Source: Ylistrum balloti (Eukaryota). From it: a DNA stretch of 64,000 nt. Both the position numbers and the translations under genes were made by a program. Each line of letters begins with the position of its first letter. The stretch's first letter is position 1. The DNA lies in the NCBI RefSeq assembly GCF_031769215.1, contig NW_026782001.1, positions 1,426,001 through 1,490,000 on the forward strand, read 5' to 3'. The notes under the pieces are model-generated. The model ran no database searches, had not been told where the DNA came from, and worked only from the letters and a program-made list of their open reading frames with translations. Of this stretch, positions 53,451-64,000 are shown in pieces.

Positions 53451-54480
53451 TATCCTTGGGAAAGTTACAGGCTGCTATAAGTGTTCAAAAACATACCAAC
53501 CGGTACCCATGGTTGGAGGATAAGGGTTGATATGAGAAATCAAATAGATGGAGAAGTTATAGAAAAGGAAGAAATATCATATCAGTTGTCAGGAAAAAAG
53601 CTGGTCTATAATCCTTATCCTTATGATCCTTATCCTCAGTAATGTTGAAGAACACATGTATTGATCCATGTGAACTTCCGTTATTGTACCTATCCAGTTT
53701 TCATACTCTCAACTTACTAAATATTGGTATTAGTATTCCATCCGTACAAGGTTTAGGAAATTGCATATTGTTGGAAGTTGGCAAAGTGCTGTGACTTGAA
53801 ATGATGTGTGTCTGGGTTGAAATAGAAAAAAGATAAATTATTAATGACAAATGTACAATGTAGATTCAGATGGTAGTCAACGCTCAAAATTAGTTTCGAG
53901 GACTAACAGCATTGTGACAGAAGCTATCGACTTACATAAAGGATCAACTCTTCGTGTGGTTGACACATGCTTTCTGATTGATATAGACCTTCATAAACCC
54001 CTGTTTACCTTACACAGGAGGACTGCACCTTTGTAAAGAGACCTGTCATACTTAGAACGAGTCTGAATTTTCAGGAAACAAGATTATTGATCTTTGACGT
54101 GAATTGTAATGTCAATCTCCTGTTTATACATATTATGATGCAGATAATAATTAACATTAACACATCTATTGTAAGTCAATGTAAGAGCACATTATGATTT
54201 CACTTTACGTTCTGAAAGGGACAAGAGTGTTAAATTCTTCATTTTCAGTTCCCTTTATTGAAATTCCATATTCAGTTATTTCGTGTTCGTTTCAATATAA
54301 AGGTTCATTAAATAACGAGATATTCTGAAAGTTTGAGCACACTCTTCCGAGACGTTCGGGTTCATGAAGACGACAGATTATTTAGGTTATCTTGTTGTTT
54401 TGTTGTTTCTATATTGTTAAAAACGTAATATCCCTTAAAATGGCATACATTTCGGATATCGCAGATAAAGGAGAAGACAG

Positions 54481-54500
54481 ATATATATATATATATATAT
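54481..54500. repeat. (AT)10 microsatellite
   Basis: Seen directly. Confidence 0.9.
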
Positions 54501-56327
54501 TTTGCAGTAGTGTTCGTGGCAATCTTTTGTAGTTTTATGGATTTTTTAAAATTTCGGTGTTCTTAATTTTTCACTGTCAGCATCTTTTTCAGTCTGCATG
54601 AAAATAACGTTAATTTGTTTCTAATTAGTTTTAATGTGCTCATAGTCACATGTGCCAGAACGGTAGATCCTAAGTTATATCTAGAATTTCACCTGGAATG
54701 ATAGCTTCGTAAAGTAACGGCTATGAATTAAATTCTATCAAAATGACTAGAATAAGTAATTCAATTATGAATGGAAGAAACGACCCATGATAGAACCTGA
54801 ATACACTTGAAAAACTACAAAGAAAATACGACGTCGTCATCCAAAGAGAAAAAATATAATTTATTTCATCGAACAAATTCGCTGTATATAATGATACATC
54901 TTGAACATACTTTAAATGACGTCATACACTTAAAAGGAGTTCGACGACAGTGATAATTGGAAATTGATAATCAGAATCTAACACAAAAAACAGAAAGCAT
55001 GTTAATTCCTCTTCATTTTTAATTGTATACCAGTAACATGCATCACAAGGAGTAATATTCACTATTTTGATCATATTTAATAATATTCAAAGAGATTTGA
55101 TTATATCGGTCGACCTTCACAGTTTTGTTAGCGTACAACGTGTACATCCTTGTACATCATATAACCTGCATAACGGAAATTGTTCGAAGGTTTTGTTGTC
55201 TTTGTGACAAAAATACCATCCAATTCATAGGCATTCAGACATAAGAATGATATTATTACTTATTCAAGGATTTGTTAACCCTTGCTTTGATGTCGTAAAT
55301 ACAAAACACAAATTCTGCAGTCAAGTATGATGTGAAGTGACAAATTGATGTCATGCGTAAAGAAATGATCATTCAATTGATTATGTTTTGATCTGTTTCA
55401 AGTAATGTATAATTTATTTAAACTGGAATTTCTGTCAACCATGAAGAGGATTTAATTATATCTCTGCATACAATGTTTGTTGTCTTTAGTTGTCTTTAGT
55501 CATTAGTAATATCACTATGTCTTCTCATGGTAATACTGTATCATCAAAACTTACAATAACAATACCTATTGTTACAATCATACACCATAACAAAGGTATT
55601 AAATCTCATTGTCATAAACAATCTCAAACAACAGCTGATTGAAGTCAAAGACCACGTGACGAGGTGGCGATAGTGTTAACAAGATCTGATAATGTCTTTG
55701 ATATGTCTTTGACAGTTGATCCTTAGGGTCAATATTTCTAAAGCTAAATCACTGTTTTTGGTTTGTGTTTCCCGATTTAAGTGTCAATAGGAAACACAGT
55801 GGTAATGAACATTATATTAAATTTGATTGTTAAAAATATAATTAATGTGATGTTGATAGTGTTTTATGTTCCATGTATACTAACAGGTTACTCACCACGA
55901 TATTGGTCCGTTATAGAGTTAGCAAAAGGAGGTGAATTTCAATTTTTCAATTGCAACTGAAATTCTAGAATTAACATGATTTATTTCTTAATGTCTTATG
56001 CTGCCAGTGACTTATATTATAAGTGTTAAACATATCATCATTGTGGTAGGTATATAAGGCAGGTAAGATACCTGTATCCGTATAACAACAAACAGCTACA
56101 GTTAAAGCGCGAGTCAATCGATAAAGTGTCTATGCAACATTGATGACAGTTTGTATATTGTGTACAACTCCAATCAGAGATACAGCAACGGATATATCCT
56201 TAATTGATGTATACCAACTTTCACTGTGTCGTATTTGGCAAACAATGGCTAACCGTAGTGTTGGGTTACTGACATTTCAGCACTGTTAATAGCACACCTG
56301 TTTGGAATCAACCAAACGATACACAAC

Positions 56328-59300
56328 ATGGCTGATGATGATATAGTTAAGCAGGCAGCAATGAGGAGAGAAAGGAACAAATCCAAAAACCGGATCGGCG
56401 ATGACTTGTTTACAGATAGTCCAAGGACTCCCATGTCAACTCCAAGACAGGTATGTGTGTTATGTAGAAGATTACACTACCGGTAGTGGCAGAGTGTGTA
56501 TCATGTTGAAACATTTCTAGTTCTATTTTTACTATACTGTTATGCGGAATCTAGGACAAAGTCGATATATTCCATGAGATACATTTACTTATCAGTCCAA
56601 ACAAATCAAACATGCCAACCTCTTCCAATCAACTGAGTACAAACAAGTCGTGTGTTTGAAGTCGATCCGCATATATCAAGATACTTTTGCTCCATTAAAA
56701 CATAATTGTAATGCTCGGCTGACATGGGGAAACCATGATATCTAAATTAGTACAAAGATAAATATGATTGTAGAAATAACAGAATATCCAAGACCTCTGT
56801 AAGAAGTATTTTCAGGGTAAGCTTTCTGTCGAGGGTGTAGAAAAACATTATTAACATTTGCACATCAAAAAATGGCAAAAAGCAGTAAATATTCCCTTTT
56901 ATCACGTTAAAGCCAAATTATGATGACATTGGAGACTGCATTGTATAACTAAGTGAACTATCTCGTGAATAGTCTGTTTATATATATTTTTTTACACGTA
57001 GCCTAAATACCTGTTCTCTATATGAGAGAAAATATCGTTCATAAACACCGAATGTCACCTAGCTGTAATTCCTAACCTAGGGTTCTTTATACCACATATC
57101 GATTAATGGAAGGAAAAGCAAGTGAACTCGATGTCTAAACAGCCGAGATGTTCCAGGTAGAAATCAATTAATCACTTGATGAATTATTGATTACAAAGAG
57201 ACAGATATCTGTTTAATTATATCTTTTACGTTAGAGCTACCTTCGTTGCATTTTACTCTGTATCTTTATTTGTAATTGATGTACGAAAATGTACAATTTT
57301 TTTACATTTTGAAGTAGACTCCAATTAACATCCTGTCATTTTGATGGTTGACCTGCATATGCCCTGTAGGTCTCATTAGATTTGAAGACCTGTTTCTGTT
57401 AAAGCTAAATTTCTAAAAAGGCGATGGCAAGATAGAGCAACTGCTTTTATCCAGAGGTTTGTGTTGGTAAATGATGTTTTCCATTTATCCTCTGATACAG
57501 TCGAACCTCGTGATCTCGAACTCGGTCAGACCATTGGAAAACTTCGATGTAACTGAGTTTTGTATTCAAGTGAAGTAAAAGTAAGGCAGGAAACGACAGA
57601 ATGCTTCGAATTAAATGGGGTTTTCGAGGTATTCAAGTTCGAGATAAAGAGGTTCGACTATTTTCTATAATTGATCGTGTATTCAATCTTGTACACCGCA
57701 GTCGATATCCAACAGGATTTAACGACATCCTCGGTCTTCTTTGATGTGGATAAAAATATCGGGTTTGGTATTGATTTATTTCCGCAGTTAAAATTGATTT
57801 GTCAATAGCTTTGATATTATTATAAACGCAATGTTTAATCAGAAAGATCAACAGCCAACATATCGACCTGACGAAGTATTAGCAAAGAAGTACGATTCAT
57901 CAGCTGTTTTTTTACAATGCCATACAAAATGTCTATATATTTTTTTAACCTATGACAAATTATAATTTCAGTTATAGCATTCTTCTCGTCTATTTTTCAT
58001 TGGGTGATATGGATGTTGTTTGTGTTTCTCCGGATCTTGCGTTTGTTTTTCGGGTTTGACCATGTGAGCTTGTTTGCACTTATGTAGAAAAGAAGTGCGT
58101 AAAGCATTCATAGCAAAACTGTTTATGGCATCTAATCAAAAGGTAATAACCCCTTTGCAATAAACAGTTAAAGAAATAAACATTATTGTGTTTGGCGATT
58201 GCAGCTATGGCTTTGTCATCAAGAGGTTAGGTGTTTGTACAGTGAAAATGAATAGATGGCTGTGACAAAAAGATGTCAATAAGTTTTTTTTTTTTTTATC
58301 GGGAACATTTGAATAGTTGTAATTTCATAACAATACACACATACACTGGACACACTGGACGTGAAGCAGCCTAGCAACTGCCTTGCAAATTTGAATGGCA
58401 AGAAAGTGTTTTATAGGACGGTCCATAACATCAGCCTCATCCAAGGCTACAACGTCTTCAAACGGAAAATGATAAAGTCATGACAATTTAGATGGTTGAT
58501 AATGTAATACCTGACAATACTTAAATAAAAATATCGACGGAAAGGAATTTTCATTTACTTACACTGTTAACAGGGCTTGACATAATCGATATTTGAAATG
58601 CCATAATTAATTATGGATATTTTCATGTTCATGCTAACTTTCTTGAGTTACAGCAGAACCGTTCAGATATTTTAGCTTTGGAAGGCAAATGCTCTCTTTT
58701 ACCTGTGCATGATACAAATGTATATTTATTGCATGGGTAATTGTTTGGTGGAGGAAATCATTTAGTAGTGACAAAGACCAGATTAATTTTTTACTGTTTT
58801 TTGTTATTTTTGTTGTTTTGTTTTTGTTTTACTGAATATTGTAGACAATAGATAAGAAAATGAATGTTAAGGACGTGATAAATGACTGTGATTTAAAGCA
58901 AAGTTATGTTCCTGGATACCATTTTATTCTCCGAAATACCATATAATTTCTTGTCCTGGTAGATGAGATTATGACTTACATGAACATAATATTCAGCTCT
59001 GTATCTCAAATATCCATACACAGCTGTTCCTTGTTTTAATGTTTTTTCTATCATGTTGTTTTAGGAACATACAGGACGAAGATCACATTTAGGGACAGAT
59101 ATTGCGGTAACTGATATTACCGACCATGAACAAACAAAAGTTGACCGGGATCTACTCATCCCAAGGCGTATGAATACTCATCGACGTAGTCATGGTAACA
59201 TTGAGAAGACGATAAAGCGACCTGTTGGAGACACGCCTTGTCTGCCCTTTATAGAATGCAAGGTATTAACAAATTATGTATTACTTATATATGTAAATAT

Positions 59301-62300
59301 ATGATAATTAGTATGTTTCTATGTTGAAATAATGCTTGGTCCCAGTTTAAGCACATTAGCTTGTCCCTCGGATGGACTGATTCACTCATTGAAACATCTC
59401 CGAGGTGTTGACAAGATGTTCTTTCATCTGAAATAGACACGTGATTTTGTCTCACCTTTCTTTGATGTGGCTTTGGTACATTAACGGCTGGAAACATTCA
59501 CAGTATTTGCAGTGAACTGTGTAGACATTTTTGTTTTGATCTTATTTTCCTTATTCCCCGCTTAATCCAGATTTTTATTCATTTTAACAGATATTTTCTT
59601 TCAATCTAACTCATTTTGTAAAATAGGTTATGATATAAATTGATTTTTTTTCTCCCTTCCTTTGTGTTTTTCATTTTTATATGAATGAAACATAATGAAG
59701 GTAATGCACTTAGTTATGTGTACATATTATACGTTTTCCAACTTATTATCAAAATATATATAGAAAATCCCCGGGATTCATAAAAACAGTATTGTATCTT
59801 AAACAGTTGATTAATATAACCTATTCATTATAGATAAACATGCAAAAGATGCACTATGATAGGGTGAAATGGCGTTTTGAGAAATGCGACTGCAATGATA
59901 AGAAGCCTAGTTACGTTTTCCTTTTTCCAACAATTCGTTGCATTTTACTACACCAGGGTGATCGGAAGTCTTGATCGACAAGTGAATTGCACGCCATAGA
60001 CTCTAAATATGGCCATAACTCAAATAATTATTTATGAGAAGTCTATATATAGACCTCACACCTGTATACAATATATTGGTACTGATGCAAAACAAGTGTA
60101 AACAATACAGGTTGCTGTGATGTTTTTTATGTAATCTATTCACCAATGATGCACGTGTATGGATATAGAACTTAGTCACGTTTATTAAACACGCAAGGTT
60201 TACTGCAATGAAGTATAAATGAGTTTTCTATGTATATTATATTTCCAATGAATAAATCCATAGTTCAGACGATTACCAGTGTATGACATATCTGTGTGTG
60301 TATCGTTATAAGTTACACTGCTTTATTCAGTAAGTAACTAGTTATATACATATTTATATTTATTTTTACAACCAATGCAAAAAAGTATAAAGTAATCACA
60401 CTTGCAAGCTATGCAAGGGGTTTTACTATGGTAGGAAACCAGCGTCTCCAGGATAGACCCACGTGTTCGGGCAGGTGGTCCTATGGTATCTTCACGTCTG
60501 AAAGAGGAATAGAACCCGGGTTATAGTTATGAAAGATAACTTGTACATCGTAACGGCGATGGCCCTGATATCAGCAACAAAAAAGCATTTAACGTTTCAA
60601 TCTGTTGACTTTACATTGTAAAGCCATAGCGGTTGTCCCAATAAAGATCCCATGACAATGTGTGGAAGTAATATCATAATCCTATGGTAAAACGCCTCTA
60701 TTCGTCCTATTTCTATTACCGAGCTTAAAATCTTAAAATAATTGTTTGGAAGAAAATTTCTAAGGTTCCCCGCCATTGATCAATTTTTGGAGCCCTTACC
60801 GACTTTCTAATTTCTAATTAACTTTTGGCGTCTACTTAGTTTTTCCTAGTCCCATAGTCTTGTGTTGCCTGTAAGTTGTGTGTTTGTAATGAGATTTCGA
60901 ACATTTACTTACTTGCACAATTATTAAAAAGATCATAAATACGTATTTATAATTTTAAGGCTAATGTTTTCCAGTATCCAAAAAGCAAATCACATCATTT
61001 CATAGTTACGACCATCATGGTGTCAGGTTCCAACCATAATGTAATACTCGGATGTAACATATGTAGTCTTCTGTATAGCACGAAGACGGTTCCTTCTGTG
61101 TATAAAAATTGATCTCAACACAACATTAATGAAAATTGCCAGAATAAATGTTTCTGTATCTTAATCTATGTGCATCCACTTAACAATGTGTTGAACACTA
61201 ACTACGAATTACAGTCATTACTGAAAACATTAATTTTGTTTAATGGGTTATATCGGGTGTTTAAAGTTAGACGTCAGAGTAATAATGGTTTGTTAGCTAC
61301 GGATGTGTCACAAATGCTTTTATTGTACAATTGTTTATCATATAACCAGTTCATTAGTTTGATACCACAGGGCACACTTCTGAATATTGACCGAAAGTGA
61401 AATAACAGGGTTTTTTTTTACCCGGTCAATGATTGTGAAATGCTACTTGGTTTTACCGGAGGCAACACCTTGGCATGATTGTGTCCTTATGTGTAATGTT
61501 TGTTTTAAATATACATTTTATTTTACAGTTAAATGGTAAGAGTGTGAAGGCATTAATAAACACGTGTGTGATGTCTTCAATTATAAACAGACACCTGTAC
61601 CAACACATGTAAGTTTTAATAAGATGTCTTATCATGTCGTAATAAATCAAGACTGACTTTGAAAAAAGCTGTATAGTAAAGAAATGGCTAAAAAATGTGA
61701 TACATGAACATTAATATTTGGTGGCGAACGTCTATACACCAGAGTGCAACTAAGTAATTGTCTCGAGAAAAAGACCATGCTTTTCTGGGTCGAAGTAATT
61801 CTTCCACGTAACAATTTAAAGTGCTTGAATTTGATATTGTACTATTAAGCCTTCTTAATAAGTCGTTATAGTCTTTCGTCGAGTTTGGTGGTAAGATCTT
61901 CCAACAGATTATTGGCATACCAATGGGAATTAACCTTGCCTACCTTTGGCTGACATTTTTTGTTTTCATACAAGGTTGAATTTATCTGAGAGCTATTCAA
62001 AACAAGTCACAAAGACCTTTCAAAGTCGTCTTTTTTCACATTCAGATATACTGATTACATCTTGTCTTTAAATAACGATAAAATCATTAACCACGTCAAT
62101 TCTTTATGCCACCAGAACTGGATATCAGAGACAAGACAGACTTCTCCATTAGCTGCTTATCTCGGTTTGTTACTACAACGAAACCAATATGGACAGCTTT
62201 CCACCAAGCTGTATGATAAGCGTGATGATTTCAACTTCCCTATTTTCAATGTTCCATTTCTGGATAGCAACATTCCTGCAAGCTCCTACCTATGGTGTTT

Positions 62301-63786
62301 ATATGTTTTCCGTTATCACGATTTTTAGTGCAAGAAGTCGACAACTGACGGACGAACCCGTAATGCAGGAAACCAAAAGATGCAAGTCGATAAAAATTAG
62401 AAGTTTTACGGTCGTCTTAGTAATCTCAAAATATTCTATTTCCTTGTACGATAGGAAACTTGGCGTGTTCGATGATCGTTAGTTTGCCATTGGTTCCGTT
62501 GTTGAATACCTTGTTCTCATTTGAGAACGTGAAATTGCGTAGTTGGATTGAGCAAGATTTACATGGCGGATGTCCGGCCGCAACACATCAACTCTCGATG
62601 AATCAGAATCACCGCTTATCTACTAATTATCCAGCTTTGTCGATCAGCCTACAACAACTGCCTTGTTTCAATGTTCAGCTTAATTAACCACTACTTATGT
62701 ACTTTTCCTGGTGGTTGATTTCGTAGAATTCATTGCGAAAAAATATCCGTAAATGAGACAAAAACGATTCGAGTTATCTCATCGCTTTGTTGCATTGACG
62801 CATTGAATGGGATGCCATTTCGATGAAAAATGGCAAAAATCAACCATCACAACTCGTTAATCATATTCCTTCATTTTGTGACTATCCAACCATTGTTTTC
62901 GGTTTACAACTGAATTTTATATTTTAAAACACAATATCTCAATATTCTGTCTCAATGTATTTATAATCATAGAAGTAAATTGTTTTGACAGTTTCGGCTC
63001 AGATGAGAATATGGGATTTATGGGCGACATGGCTATCGGTGTTCCAATTATGGTAGAGACGAGGACGTTACAATTTGATTTCCACACTAGAGGTAGTTCT
63101 TTCGTCAATTATATTTACATTTAGAATACAATCTGAAGGCTCTGACTATCAATTCGAGATTTTGTTTTTGTATTTGTCATGGTCGATCACCTGAATTGCA
63201 CCCATATAAAAACTACAATTTCAGTGATCCCTACAAGGGTCGGTGTACATGCATATCTTTATGCCTGTTTCTATAAACAATTCTGTCTATTACCTATCGA
63301 CGTTTGGACCAATGCGTCTAGACTTAGTCCCTTTCACCATTTTTTAATTATTCGCTGGTCTTCTTAATTGATTGACTCCATTATTTTCAACGATATGAAG
63401 TGTCCTGTCATTCGACCTGTTTTTTATCTAATAGTTGACTTGAAACCTCGAAATAAACAGTGTTCTAAGTGAGTTTAAGATAAATGATAAATGAAAAGAA
63501 TATATACACTTATCTTCCACTGAAATATCTTTTTTATTTCTCAACATCCTTTCAAAAGCATTATTATTGATTTAAAATAATGCTGTACTGTTGCTTAACT
63601 TTCATTTTCAAATCTAAGAAATACGAAAAGAAAACGTACAAAGTCATCAAATTATTACGATCCTAAATGAAAGTTTATTGACTAAACAGGTGCATGAATA
63701 TCAGCTGTCTACAACCAGATATGTATGTATTTCCAGGTGATATTCCGGATGTGGTATTAGGACTAGATTTCCTCATGTCGTTTAAG
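56328..63786 (+). CDS. DDI1/NRIP-type retroviral-like aspartyl protease-fold protein with a degenerate active site, 3' incomplete
   Basis: Exons 56328-56450, 59065-59262, 61529-61608, 62992-63092, 63737-63786, all GT-AG and in phase. The protein reads ...PCLPFIECK|LNGKSVKALINTCVMSSII...GDMAIGVPIMVETRTLQFDFHTRGDIPDVVLGLDFLMSFK. This aligns with DDI-family LYINCKVNGHPxKAFVDSGAQ...MLLGLDML. There is no stop within the window. Confidence 0.8.
57498..57660. mobile_element. Tc1/mariner (pogo/Tigger-like) MITE, 163 bp
   Basis: TA followed by CAGTCGAACCTCGTGATCTCGAAC at the left end and GTTCGAGATAAAGAGGTTCGACTA at the right end form imperfect TIRs. It lies in intron 1 of the retropepsin-like gene. 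Confidence 0.85.
61690..62600 (+). mobile_element. Decayed Penelope-like retroelement reverse transcriptase fragment
   Basis: Frameshifted RT motifs: FVEFGGKIFQQIIGIPMG (GIPMG at 61914-61928), FRYTDY for FRYIDD (62041-62058), STKLYDKRDDFNFP..PFLDSNIP..PTYGVY (about 62200-62300) and SFYGR-like sequence at about 62400. It lies inside an intron of the retropepsin-like gene. Confidence 0.88.
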
Positions 63787-64000
63787 GTAAGTTTTGTATT
63801 AACAGATTCGTTGTGGATACATTTATTTATTTTGAAATTATCAGATATATATTAGAATTATGAAATTTATTTAATTATAAGGCTGGTGGGCCTAATGGCC
63901 TTGTGGAACTCCTCATCACTAATTAGACATTTATTTCGATTAAGTTTGGTTTTCCTCTCTCTGAAGTCCTTTTCATCACTGGCGAGTCCCTGCTGGAGAT

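Noticed and set aside
276-63367. Remaining 60-130 aa ORFs in the track
   Set aside because: Their lengths are as expected by chance in AT-rich DNA, with no motifs. Those overlapping real exons are already captured in the gene models.
56328-63786. LTR retrotransposon (protease plus RT)
   Set aside because: The protease-like sequence is split by canonical introns. The RT motifs (GIPMG, LYDKRDDF) are Penelope-type, which lack a protease. No gag, integrase, LTRs or PBS were seen.

Overview
AT-rich eukaryotic genomic DNA with spliceosomal introns; no prokaryotic features, CRISPR arrays or rRNA were seen. The repeat families suggest a mollusc, probably a bivalve (inference). Four intron-containing genes were assembled by hand from splice sites and reading phase. 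(1, 2) Two tandem plus-strand DRAM/TMEM150 (Frag1/DRAM/Sfk1 family) paralogs at 11907-21531 (275 aa) and about 30687-37817 (about 295 aa). They share exon phases and a U12 (minor spliceosome) GT-AG intron, and each has a perfect CLEAR-type GTCACGTGAC motif 3-3.6 kb upstream. (3) A 14-exon minus-strand astacin metalloprotease (46757-39487, 609 aa) with the architecture signal peptide-astacin-EGF-C-type lectin-CUB-probable GPI signal. It apparently has no inhibitory pro-domain and carries Thr in place of the astacin family-specific Glu. (4) A plus-strand DDI1/NRIP-type retropepsin-like gene from 56328 that runs off the window, with the catalytic D[S/T]G motif replaced by NTC (putative pseudoprotease). 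The rest consists of minisatellites (71, 65, 60/30/58 bp periods), three MITE or fold-back elements, tRNA-derived SINE remnants and Penelope-like RT fragments. A few exon-like segments in the first 10 kb could not be assembled. All gene models are manual predictions without RNA evidence or database searches.
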